Shown: one piece after another, positions 9,245-21,785 of the stretch
Numbering within the stretch: the stretch's first letter is position 1
Layout of the letters: the number at the start of each line of letters is the position of its first letter
From: Yuukianura sp. NJ FZ-2021
Lineage: Eukaryota
Direction: 5' to 3'
Assembly (NCBI GenBank): GCA_046563655.1
Contig: CM102285.1
Coordinates: forward strand, 15,314,001 to 15,344,967
Length of the DNA stretch: 30,967 bases
Translations under genes and position numbers: made by a program
Notes under the pieces: generated by a model
Database searches by the model: none
Told to the model about the DNA's origin: nothing
The model's input: only the letters and a program-made list of their open reading frames with translations

Positions 9245-12200
9245 TCAGTGCAAGCTCTGGGCTCCAAAAGGAATGGACCGGAATCCACTCATCCCCTCCT
9301 TCTCCAGCAGGTCAAGTCTCCTGAGTGTCGCTTTGACATTGGGGTCAGACTTTGTCACAAAGTGGTTGGTCAGATTGCTTAATTCGGCTGGAGTGGGGGG
9401 CAGAGGGTCCTTCTTGCCCCCTCGCACTCCGTTCGTCACAAACGGAGTCCTCGCAGTCGGAACTTGGTCATTCGTTGGAGAGTGTAGGGGACCCTTCACA
9501 CTTTCATATTTGATACTTTCGTAGAGAGCTTCATGTCTGAGTGGAGACCCCTTGAGGAACTGGGGGTCAAAGGTGCTTAGATCCGTCGATGGTCTGGAGT
9601 TGACGACATCCATGTAGCCAGTGGGACAGAGATCAGTGGGCAGAGGAGGGCCCTTGTGTGTCTGCAGTGGCAAAGTGTCCGAGGGGCCCTTGGAAGGAAG
9701 CACATAGTCAGCTGCCTCGATTTCCCGAATGAGACAACGCCCTCTGTCTGGTTTGATTTGGCCACAACTTCCGCCGCCACAGGAGAAAGATCGTTCCTTT
9801 CTAGCTCTCCGACAAACTCCGGAACAAACATGAGTCTGATGGAGGAGTGGACGAGTAGAAGAAGTAATGTTGGATGGATTCGTGAGAGATCTGCACACTC
9901 CGTTTGAAACTACTGATGGTCGCTTGTCGGAAACGGAACAACTGCGCATGGCCAAAGAATCCCTTCGTCCGGAGGATGTGGAGAGGATGGAGCTGCCTCC
10001 GATGGTTTCTATAGTTGTTTCAGCCTCACTCAGCAGTCCAGAGTTGATGGAATCAAATGTGGTTGTTCTCTCGCGATGAGACTCCGTCATGTACTGATTT
10101 TGTGGGAGGAGAATTGAGGCTACTTGTCCATTTTCCAGTGTTTTTTGTGGTGTTCTGCTCTGACTTGGTCTTTCCCTGTCCACACTTCTGATGGTCAGAA
10201 ATTTGTCGGGGTCACTCATGTCAGAGTATGGATCTTGCGAGAAGTAGTGGAGGAGACGATGTGGAATTGGATACTCGCTTTTGACGGTGTAGCAGAGAAA
10301 GACGATCAGTCCCTAAACACATTAAAAATATTTATAATATGAAATATAAATAATAAGAATATTTTAATACATTGAAATGTTAACTTATTTTAAGAAAAAG
10401 AGTGAAAATGAGGTTGACTCACGGTGACAAGTGCCAAGAGTCCAAATAGATGCTGATACAAGTGAGATTCCATGTTGATGTGTAGAATGCCAGTGACCAC
10501 TGTGAGCAAAGTGGCGATGGTAACAGTGACGGATCGAATGAGGATTTGCATCCTGTGACATTTACATTCAGATTTAGATTTACATTTAGATTTAGTTAGA
10601 ACGATGGTTTTTAAAAGTATGAATTAGTTCCTTACCTGTAGTCTATGAATTGTTCTTTTCCCGAATTGACTTGGATTGTGAGTGTTCTAAGTTTGAGGAA
10701 TGCTTTAGAGGCAAAGTAGAAGAAAGCAATGGCCATAACAGCCACGATGACTGCAAAGATGGGGAAGAGAGAGGAGTCTTGGCTGAGGACAGAGTTATTC
10801 CTGAGTTGAATGTGGTGACCAAGAGTAGAGATGGCTTTGGACCTCCAGTGTGAGAGGGCGATGGCTGCAGTCCAGATTGGCAATGCACTCACAAGGAACA
10901 AAGTGAGGACGAGAGTGAGAGTGGACATGGATCGGAGACAGGGGTACAAATCCAGTTGATTGGACAGTAAAATGACAAGAGGCTTCGTGAGTTGACTGGC
11001 CAGAGAGAGGAGGGTGAGGGAACAGAAGGCGGTAGACAGCCCAATGGACGACACCTCACTCTGAAATTCACAACAAACGACAATTAGCTAAATTGGTAGA
11101 AAAGGTAGAGTGCAAGTTATTTCATACTCTTAGCGACAGGATGACAAGATGGCTGAAGATGAGGGTGGAGCAGACGATGAGTTTGATTGTGTAGAGACTG
11201 TGTGGAGAAAAGTGGAATTCGATGTGGACGAGAATGCAGATGATAGTGAGTGAACATCCAGCCACTAAAACGACTGTCCCCAGGATGAGTGACCAATGCA
11301 TGCTCAAGGTTGTTGGGGGAGGAGCAGTCTGGAAACAGTGCAATTTTAGTTTCTAGTTTAGTTCGACTAAAGTTAGTTACTTCTTACCAATCCAATGTCG
11401 GAATGGAGAAGTGCAAATTGACCAAAGTGTTCGCAAATGCACTCCACTGTTCCGTTGTCCACAAATTGATTGGGCGTGCATGCGTTTGGAGTCCATGAAA
11501 TTCCGTTGTCATTCCTCAGACTTTCCATTCCTCCGCAACTGAAGTTTTTCCTTGATCGCACCATAATTTCATCCCTCATTGTTGCGGGAAGTTTGAAAGT
11601 GAGTTTGAGAGGAGCAGAGTGCGTGTACTTCGGCAGAGACTGCGAACTGATGGAGATGATTGGAGATGCAACTCGGAAATGATGGACGAAAGAGCCCTTC
11701 GTTTGTGGAAAAGCGATGACGCTCATGTTTCTGAAGGCAATGAAGACGAGAATGGCTCCTTCGTTGACTCGACTTCCGTTGACACTCATTGGAATTTGAA
11801 GGGAAAAGTCCGAGGCCCACTGGATTCTACTCAGAGGAAATCTGTAGGGATGGCCAAATGGAGAGGAAGCAATTTGCAACTTTTCCAGAATGAAAACATC
11901 CGATTCCCAAATGAAAGGATTCGTCTCCCTAAAAACACAACTTTCACTCAAAATCAGGCAGAAAAGATTCCAAATTCAAGATTTGAAAAACTTACGTGCG
12001 GAATTTTGTTGCCATTTTTCTTAGGAGGTGTCCGAGTGCTACAACGCTGCTTTGATGTGAGCAGGAGGCTGGAAAGCGAAGAAACAGGGCCGTTGCGTTC
12101 ATGAAACTCCGCATGAAGAGATCATTCGTTTTGTCGACGGCCTGCGAACATACACATTACACAAGGTATAAATTGAAATTGTTCCACTTTTTAAATTTAA

Positions 12201-15200
12201 TTGAAGATGTTACATCTTTTCTGTGAATTGCATAATTCCCAATGTCTGTGAGCACTTCAATCACAGTCTCCCCTTCTCCGACATACAGAAAACTCTTGCG
12301 ACTCAGATAGTTGATCAGCTTTTGCGTCAGTAGGAATATCTGCGTCTTGTTGGCGAATCCCATCCTTAGAATTTGGAGCTGAAATTCAGAAATTATTCAT
12401 TATGAACTTTTGATCTCTGGATAGAAGTAGAAAGGCATGAGGAAGCAAGAAATGAGAGCACAATGCAATCTATGCACTTTTATGAATCTCCAGCTAAAGG
12501 AAGAGTTTCCTCAAAACTTTTCTCGCTCAGGTGAAAATTAGTGGAGAGCTAACAAGCTAATTAGGAATTCGGAGACGCTGTACTAATTCTTTGTAAACTT
12601 GTTACAGGATCCTACCAACACAATTGGGAAACTTTAGAAGGAGTTCATTAAAAAGAGGATGAAGTTGATACTTTGGTAAGATGGATTACATGTTTGGTCA
12701 ACTCTCTGAGTTCTTTGGCGAAGCATTTGGAGAAATCACTGTGTCCCCATACAGGACTTCCATCTTGCTGTTTTTGACACGTTCTTTGTGCAAATCCGAG
12801 GAAGCCATTGGGACACCATCGTTTGGCCACTTGGCCCATGGCTGTTCTATTCCACGGAATTCCATAGTCGTCGAAGATCTTTGGGCAGAAGCTCAAGTAG
12901 CGTCGGTCCAAAACACGGACATCAATGGACGTCTGGTTCCATCCTACGAAAACAAGTAAGCAACATTTGAACATTGACATAATGCTTTCTCTCTTGTTGA
13001 ATTTATGCTAACCTGCAAAGTTGGTGACTCGACAAGTGTAAGTGGCAGAGTGTTGTGCTTTGCCAATGCGAAGGAGAGATCCATAAGGGTACAGATCTTC
13101 AATGACCTCGTTCGTCCAGTGACCTCTGTCACGAATCACACTCCCATCCCGCTCCCAAATGTAAGAAAAGTTGTGCTTTGGCGTCTCGTTCTCAGAAACA
13201 CAAGTAATCACTTGGTCCTCTTCATCCTTTAAACAATTATAATTTGAATTAGTTCATTCAATTAACAAGTTAATTACAGTAATTACGAGTTCAATTAACC
13301 AATTAATTGATTAGAATAATTAACAATTCAATTAATCTTCTCTTTTCTTTTGTTTTCCCTATCATATCATATGTTTTGGTTTTTTATTTTGAAATTCAAA
13401 AAGTGGAATTTGGCGGGGAGAGTGATCACGTGATGCGATGGCGTCTCCCGTCTCTTCATGAAAAAGATCCTTCCATTTTCTCCCTCTTTGTCTCCCTCTT
13501 TTTTGTCTCTTCTTTTTTCTCTCCCTCTTTTTTTTGTCTCCCTCTTTTCAGTGTTGTTGAGTGACCTCAGTTTCTCTTTGTTTTTAAGGGAGGTCACTTC
13601 GTGTCAGTTAACTTCTACAAGTACTCACCTCTTCCAGTGTCACACTCATGGGATCCACCAGGATATACGGAGGGGCAACTACTTCAACAGTTATCTCCAG
13701 ACATTGTTCCTCCCCCATGTCAGACACCTAATAGAAACACAAGTTCAGTTCCATAGACATCTTCCAGTAGCTAAAGTTTTCCAGCAGTGTCATGTCTCAC
13801 CTCACAAGTGAACACACCACGGTCCTCCAGTGTCGAAGAAGTGAACATAAGAATCGACTTTCGCACGGACTTCGGAAACACGTAAGACTGCTCGTTGATT
13901 TCTCTATTCAACAGTTACATTAATCTTAATTACTAATGTCTACTTTGTCAAAAATGGGCAAAATAGTACCGGGTTGCGAGTGTTTTGTCAATCGGAAGTC
14001 CCTCTTTGAACCATCGGAACTTGACCGTGGCTGATCCTTGAGCTTCGCAGTGGAGGTCAAAGGCCTCCCCAACTTTAAGAGGAGCTGGAGCTCCACTCCT
14101 GAACAACTTCTGGAAACAGGAAAGAAACGACTGAACATGGACAAAATGGAGGCTTGTGTGACTTACCGTCAGTGTGAGAGCTGGATAAGAGTTAATCTTG
14201 AATGTGTCGCTCAATTGCTGGATGGGAAAGAGTGGTCCAGAGGTAAGTGGCTTCTTTACTAATTCTTCCCTTCCCAGCTCCTCATGCGGAGCAAAGTACT
14301 GGAAATTAATCGTGGATGCAATGCTGCAACGTCAAAAATAGACTTAATTAATGGACATACGTCAACAAAGTACCTCACATTTTGATATTTAACGTCTTTG
14401 CTCCTTATCTTAAGTTGTACTTGAGTAATAGCATGGTAGTTACCCGAAAGAGACGACTGCTACGCTCGTGTCAATCCCTTCGAGTCCAGGGACTTTGTCC
14501 AGTTTGTCTCTAATTGCTTTCTCAATTTCTGATTTGAGCTTCCAGTCTGCCGCTGGAATCTGTTCTCGGTCTGACCGAAAGTCCCTGACTGGCAACTCTT
14601 CAAATGTTTGCAACATCACTTCGAACCGCATCCATCCAACACCTTCGTACAAACACAAGTCATGACAACTTCAACCAATAAAAGCCACTGTGGACTGACC
14701 TTTGGGTATGCTTCTGCCCTTGTGACAGGAACAGGGACGATGAGCACTCCCAGATTCGTCTCCACAAACTTCGTCACATTCTGGACCAGGACACTCTACA
14801 AGTAGCAGACAAGGTAAGACAATTTCTTTATTTCTAGACTACAAAATTTTTCTGGAACTGGAGCAGGAAAATAGTTACTCCCTGCAGTTCCTAGCTTCCA
14901 TTCCAAGTTTAAATTTATTTAAGCTCCTGATTCCGCATTGCAATTACCTAAATTGGCTAATTTACTTTCACTCAACCATTCCCTCCACTTGTGCTTTCTA
15001 ATTTGTAAGATATGGTCTGTGAATAGGGACACTTAAGACGTTGTCTTGATGACTTTGTGGCGCCTTCTAATCCCTTAATGCCTTCGCTCGTTGTTAGGAA
15101 GCTTTTGGGAAGTAGTCAAAGTTCAAGGGTGTGGGAAAACATTCCAAATCCCTTTGCCTAGAATAGAAATAGGGAGGAAAGTGCAGGAGATGAAGAGAGA

Positions 15201-17724
15201 TGGCTTTTCCACTTCCAGTTTCAAGGTCAGTAGAAAGTTGTTGTGTGCACTTGGCTTTGCATAACTTTCTCCAAATGGAACTTAAGAGTTTAGGAGGGAA
15301 TGGGGACAGGAAATCCTCACTTTACATGCACACAGGTTCCTGCGGAGGGAGCGTGTCAATGCAAGGGAACTTCTCTTTCCAATCTTTTTCATTCCGAAAA
15401 ATTGTGAGAGGAGAAAGTTGTTTGATGTACCTTTGACAGCAGACTCCAGTTTCACTCCGCACAGAGGTCCACCGTATCCATTGGGACAAAAGCAAACTCC
15501 CACTCCAGGGGCCTGCATCCTAAACACAAACTCACAATTAAAATCCACTTTCTCTTCAAAGTCCAAATCCACTTTCATCTCGGACTCTAAACAGACTTTC
15601 ATCGTTTCATCTTTGAATTCAAATTCCTTCGCTTTGAACCTTTGTTTTTGGATTTGTGATTGAACCACAATAAGGGAGGCTGAGAGGAGAAGGAATTGGA
15701 AGTGAAAGTCAGAGGAATAATTTCCAAAAGTCATTTCGGAAAGAATAATTTGACTACGGAGACTTCTGATCCACAAAGTTGGTTGTTGTATCGCAGGGGG
15801 CTCCTAATTTGAATTTCCCAATTCCACCATCTCCTAGTGAAATTGTGAGTGGAGAAAGCGGAATTGTGAATGAATTTGAGTTGTGACTGATGTTTGAGTA
15901 GCTGGAAGTAGTTTCTACTAAAGTCTAGGCGTTTCTATAAGTACAAGTTTTAAAATTGTTGCTTTCCCTTTTGAGGCACTGGAAGGTGGATTGTGGCTGT
16001 GAATGTGTCAGGACCAGCAGTTGTCTGGGCATGTCAGGAAGCAAAGTTGCTCACTTTTTAATTCCTCAAATTAGGAGAACGTCCCATGGACTTTTGCTCA
16101 TTAGCACCTCAGCCTCCAGTGGTTCTCTTCTTTCAATTTCTAATTAACTCCATGTGCTCCACTTTTCCAAAATTGAATAAAGTAGTTTTCCAGCGGAATC
16201 CTTGGATTCTGGATTCAGTTAGAAGAAGGTATGAAAACTTAATGGCTAAACCTCCATCATCTGTCTCTTTGTCTCCTAAGGCCACTTTTCAACTTGTCCA
16301 AAAGTGAAGTGGTCACAAAGTAGAGCTAAAAGGAGACGTCAAGCGGAGTGAAGGGAATTACAAAGTCCATTCAAGTACATGTGCCCAGGGAAAGTCCCTC
16401 AAATCACTTTCACTTTCTCAGCAATTAGCACCATTTCAAATCCACTTGTACAAACCGCACTACGCTTTCTCTAAACAATTTGTGTCGCGTCAGATGCTTG
16501 AAAGGAATTAGTTGAACAAAACTGAAAGGAAACGAATGATTTTAGCGGATATGAATGTGGAAACTACCTAAGAATCTAACTAATAATGTTATGGTTGTCC
16601 TACATGCGATTACTGTAAATTCCATTTGTAAATGTTCTGCTTGTATATTGATGCGTATCAATTATGTACAATCTACTTGTGCTGATTTTAGTGATTCATT
16701 TCAATCTTTTACAGTCAATTCAATATTCTGCAATAGGTGCAGAGCTTGACTTTGACGTCGAGAGTGAACAATGTCAAAGTGACAAACAAGTTAAATGAAG
16801 TCGTAAGGGAAAAGGAGATTTAGAATGAGCAAGTGGCGTCGACAGACAGTCAATAGAAATTGGATATGAGAGTGGAAATGACTCACTTGCAAGTTCCTCC
16901 GTTGCGACAGAAAGTGACATTGTAGCGGGGGTCACAAGTCTCGCTGTTGTACTCGCAGTAGTCCCCATGTCTCCCCTCGTAGCAACTGCAACTGAATCTT
17001 CTGCAAATATTACAACTAATTTCAAAAACTAATTGGATTTAAATGAATTAGTTCAGAATTTAAGAGTAATTGACCTGTAGTCACTGGAGACGTGGCAGTC
17101 CCCTGCATAAGAGCAGTTGCTCACACTGCAACTGTCTCTCTTCTTGAAATCCTGTTCGTGGATTTGTTCATCCACGATGGAGTACGTGATGTTGAATCCG
17201 TAAGTGTGGAGGAAGTTGGTGGCTCGGAGATGTCTGGCGTAGGGAGTGTGCAGTTCCAGTTGAATTCCGAGGAATCGCAGTTCAGTTGCGTAGGCCGACA
17301 CGATCGTCGTGGAGTTGGAGTCGTCTGAGACGAAGCGAGGGATTGGATGTCTGCTGAACCCGGTGTCCACACCCTGTCTTCTTACGGAGTTGTGTTCGTT
17401 GTCCTCCATGTCTTGTCCATTGGGGAATGGGTACTTGATGTAGTCAGTGAAAGTGAGATTCTCCTTGAGGTAAAGTTGCGTCAAGTAGACGCGAATTCTC
17501 TTTCCGTTGCTGAAGTGGTTGGCAGAAGTGTTGAAGATTGTGTATGGTTTCTGAGAGTCGATGAGCCAGTGGATGCAGAGCGGTGTTTGGAAGGGGCGTG
17601 GGAAGTTGCGTGTTGCGATGACTCCGTTGGGTTCTGTGAGGTGGATGAATGTTGGTTTGTCGCAGACAGAGACACATCCGTCCAGCGTCAAGAGGAAAGT
17701 GGCCAACACCACAGTGACCCTCAT
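9245..17724 (-). CDS. Adhesion G-protein-coupled receptor-like protein, 18 exons: signal peptide-CUB-EGF-EGF-Cys-rich-SEA-like-Ig-Ig-HormR(HRM)-GAIN/GPS-7TM-long tail
   Basis: I spliced it manually and phases agree throughout. Exon 1 (17075-17724) has signal MRVTVVLATFLLTLDGCVSV plus a CUB (NGVIATRNFPRPF...CIHWLI...GFNITY). EGF exons are 16887-17000 (FSCSCYEGRHGDYCE...CRNGGTC) and 15431-15519 (CFCPNGYGGPLC). Ig1 is LHCEAQG...WFKEG...EDRGVFTCE and Ig2 is ITCV...WERDG...ATYTCRVTN. HRM is CPK...WNRTAMGQVAKRWCP...RTC...WGHSDFSKC and the GPS is WTPNAC...ECICEHFGQFALL. Seven hydrophobic segments lie in ~10290-11300. The SEA-like call is the least certain. Confidence 0.88.
13472..13550. repeat. Intronic C/T-rich low-complexity tract (TTTTTGTCTCCCTC-like units)
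   Basis: Degenerate repeats of TTTGTCTCCCTCTTTT inside an aGPCR intron. Confidence 0.6.
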
Positions 17725-20700
17725 CCTACGTCATCAAAGTGGCACTAGTTGTCGTTGTTTCAAAGTGTCAAAGTGGCGGTGTCACATTTTGGAAAACAAG
17801 TCAGTTAATTTAGTTTGTTTATTGGAGAATCAGAAGCTAAAGCAGCGCCGAGTCCTTTGTTTTGACGTCCCTTCGCTGTTCTCAGGAAACATGAGCCATT
17901 TCGTTTAACTGAAAACAAGAGAGGAATAACCACTTTATTACTCTCATTTCAAAGTTCAATTCTAGGGTTAGATTGTTCATCATTTCATTTTCAACACCCC
18001 ACTTTTGCTATTCTCCGTCTCCAGCGGGGCGAGGGCAAGGAATTCAGTCAAGATTGTTATTCTGTGTGATTCTGTTAGCTGACGCCGCAGTTTTGTGTTT
18101 CAAACAACAAAATTAAAAGAGAGCAGTTAAGAGGAAACTTTATGTGAATTTTGGAATAGGACAAAAGCAAATGGTTTGGCTGGCGTCTAAACATGCAACA
18201 AGTAGGAGCGAATGTTGAGAAGGTGAAAGGTTTAGGTTCTCAATTTCCCACGCTTTACCTCATTTGAAGGAGTTGATTGAATGTTAGTTGGGCAGAGTTT
18301 TGATGATTTTGAAGTAGAGAGTTGGTTTGAAGTGGATCCAATTCGGAGTTGTTCTGTGGGGAAAGTGAAGATTGGATTTGGTTGTGGGAAAGGACTCTTT
18401 TGTTCTCCTGCAGAAGTGTGGATTGTTGTGGGCCACTTTCTCTCTTGGGACGACAGGAAATCCCACACAATTTCCCTAACACTCCACTCTCCTGGAATTC
18501 AAAGACTCAATTTCCACTCGTCAAAGGAATCTCCGCCACTAATTAAACAGTGAGCGGAAAAAGGGCGGAAGCGGGTAACGGGCTTCTCTAAATGCTCCCC
18601 ACCAATCCGCAACAACACGCTCCCTCACTTCCACTCACGCAAATGAACAAATCAAAAGTCAAAGGAGCTTAATTTCTGATCTCCACTCTGGGAAAGATCT
18701 CAAAGAAGACTGTGGATGGACGCCAATTCACAAGGTCTCAGTCCAATTAAAGCACAGTTTGAACCACGACTACAGTCACCTTCTCGTCTCCTCCGATCTG
18801 TCTCCCCCTCACGCTCTCAAAATGGGAAAGTTGTTTTGGATTTTACGTAAACTTTGTTAAAGTTTCCATTCGCTTTCCAAGCACCTTGTCACTTTGAATT
18901 GCCCTCTGGGTCGTCAAGCAAACCTTTCTGCCAAATAGAAAAAACACGATCACTCTTTTCATCTAAGGACGTTGTGAGAGTGTCTGTTCTACCAATTCAA
19001 TAAGAGTGTAGCGTCTGGAGTGGGACATTTTGAACTTAAACATTCTTTTGAGTGATGTTAGGAGATCAGAGGTTGTGAATTGCACAAAAGCACTTGTTCA
19101 TTTCCTCTCAGGAGCATGCAAGGTTTCTTTCCAATTCCGAATCGATTTTTGAGAGGTGCTGGAAAGGAAGCGGCCTTTCAACCTCTCAAATGCAAAGTAT
19201 GATGCGCTTGTGTTGTTGAAGTGTCAATGGCCTTATTAGTTGCATACTCCAGTGTATCAATTGTTCTTTGAGACTCTATCTTTTCCTCATGTGTGTTCCT
19301 CAATGGAAACCGCAATGAAGTGACAGGCCAATGTGGCTCGTGGCCAACTGAATCTCTTGATAGGAAACCCACAAATGAAATGCAGTTCCATTGAGGTATC
19401 ACACTCCTCGAGGTCATCCAAACATCTCTCTCTCCGAATCTACCCAAAACCATGTCAACTCTACGCCTCAATTTCACTCAACCATTCCGCCAAATTGTTC
19501 CAACCAAAATTGAATGGTAGTTGGACTGTCCTTTTCCGTGTTTTCTTTTGTAAATTGTGAAAGGAAGTGAATAAGTTGCAGAGTTGAAAAGTGGGGAATG
19601 AGAATTGATTTATGTCATTTACCTTCAAAATCCTCAAACTCGTTTCCGAGAGGCCAGCAATCAGGAGGGAGTAGCTTTGATCCACAGTTGGAATTGAACA
19701 GGAAGTAAAGTTGGCTCCTCTCGTGTCAAGGCCTGAGCAAAATGAATGTTTAATTTGGAAATTATCACATGAAATTATGAATTCCACTTTGAGTTTTTCA
19801 CTTTGTTGTAAAAAGTGGAGCGTGGGAAGAGCGTGTGCGAGGACACAATTAGTTTGGTGTACTTTCACCTGGAGAGTGGAGAAGAGAGAAAGTGTTTGTG
19901 CGGAGGCTTAATGCAGACTGAGACTTTTCATGGTTTGGGAGAGGGAAGTTATGGGAGTGAGTGTAGACTACACAATGGGAACTTATCCATGTTCTTCCGA
20001 CTCTTCTTCTCAACTAAACGACGTTCAGAATTTTACAGAATCACATCTCAGGATAATTTACCATCGGCAACCAACACGCTCAATTATTCAAAGTTCAACG
20101 TCACTCTTTAGAATTATGAAAAAATCAGAGGGACAAGAATCCTTCGGTTATAAAAATTCTAGGTTAATCTAAAATGGCAGAATCTGCTTGTTTTGATTAG
20201 GTCTTTGGATTTTGCTTTTTGATCTTTGATTTACAATTCCAACTCTCCTAACTTTTTATTTCTTGTGAGATTTGATGAGATTAGAGTTGCAGTGGGGAAT
20301 GTACTGGTGATTTACGTGAGTAATTGAGCTCAAATGGAGGATGTTGTAAGTTTAATTGGGGCGTTTGCCATGGAGTGTTACCTGGACGTAGCTAATTTTG
20401 TGTAGTTTCGCAACAGGCAAACTTTATGAGAAAATGTAAAACACAATGCAAACTTGTGCAAAACAAGAATCCACATTTATGAGGCCTTCTGAGTGAACAT
20501 GGCTTTTTATCAATGGGAAGCATCACAAATGCATTCAATTTCAAAGCACAAACGGAGACTTACCAACCCTTTCAATTTGAGGATTTAAATGAGCTTCTGT
20601 TTCTATTGAGCAATTCTAACTTCAGAAACTGACTTGACCTCCAGCCCCGTGTCTTCGTATCTTGAGATCAAGAGTGTATAAATTGATGCTGTTTAGTAAT

Positions 20701-21785
20701 TGTGGTTTTCTATTTGGTGGAATCGCAGGAGTTGGTTATGATTTAGTTTTGATGGATTTGAGGTAGAAGAGGAGATGACATGGCATAAGGTGGAATTTTT
20801 GATGCGGGAATTTGGAAGTGAAACCCATCTTAAGCGTATCTGCCGAAGCGAAGGGAGCGTTGTCATGGAGGGGGGACTTAAAAGGCGCCCATTAAAGTGC
20901 GTCCTCAAAGCAGTTCAGCTTAAAAGTTCTTGGTTTCATTTTGGATTTAGAGCCTTAGCAGATGGGGGGAAATGCGAAATTGCGAATGCACTCTGTCGTA
21001 AAAATCCTGCTCACAATTCGCCTGGGGAATTGTTATGGCCCATTCACCCTCCTCTGCAAGGACACCAACTGCATCTTCACAACATCTCTGACCTCAGATC
21101 CAGCCAACTTCAACTTCCCTCAACCAGAACACCTCCCTCCAACTTCATACTTCCATCCGCTCTTTTTGCGAATTGGGGGTTTGGATGCTAAAATATGAGC
21201 ATAAATAAATGTGTTTTCAATAATAACTTTAACGACATCCCCACCTCTCCCTCTCTTTTCCGAACTGTCGTAAAAGTGTTTTGAAAGTAGCAATTACATC
21301 TCCCATTTTTATGATCCACCTCCAGAATAGGATCCAAAGGGCCCTCCACCTCTTCCTAAAGTTTCCTACTTATTTTTCCTAAAGTTACGACTAATAAAAT
21401 CTGCGTCTTTCCTTTCGTGTTGTTTTCCGATGTCACCATTGCCAAATTACACACAAACAGGAAGTAGGTTCAACCTTCGGCCAATGAACGCAAAGAATTT
21501 ACTAATTCTGGGAGGTGGAGACTGTGAGGACACCTATTTTCACCATTTTCCATCATTTTTCATTTTGAGTGTAAAGTGTAAGAACACGGGAAAAATCCAA
21601 TGGAAATTACATGCAGCATGCTTTCCTTCAACTTTCTCTCCATTTTGGTTTTGCAGTTGAGTTTTCTCCAAAATTCACACGCAAAGGACTAATCAACTGC
21701 CGTGTCTCTCGACTAGTTCTTGGTCCATTTCTTACTTTTACTTCCTTTTTCTGTACTTAACAAAAACATTTTGAGACTAAAGAGA

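Larger units (their letters stand above)
4957..10866. repeat. Right arm of giant inverted duplication (includes an 881-bp insertion absent from the left arm)
   Basis: Apex CCTAATTA-GTTTTTAATT-TAATTAGG (spacer 4947-4956). Pairing is perfect for 154 bp (4793-4946/4957-5110), then SNPs and indels appear. The true outer end cannot be seen because the left arm is cut by the window. Confidence 0.98.

Noticed and set aside
11619..12104. 161-aa plus-strand ORF and similar antisense ORFs over exons
   Set aside because: These are antisense shadows of aGPCR, NOL10 and bestrophin coding exons with no independent support.
15319..15400. Possible extra Cys-containing aGPCR exon within ORF 15282..15776
   Set aside because: The flanking exons (15431-15519 and 14700-14795) already join in phase, and I found no convincing acceptor giving a sensible frame.
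17800..21700. Numerous 60-140 aa ORFs between the aGPCR and bestrophin genes
   Set aside because: No recognisable domains or consistent exon chain. Treated as UTR, regulatory or intergenic sequence.
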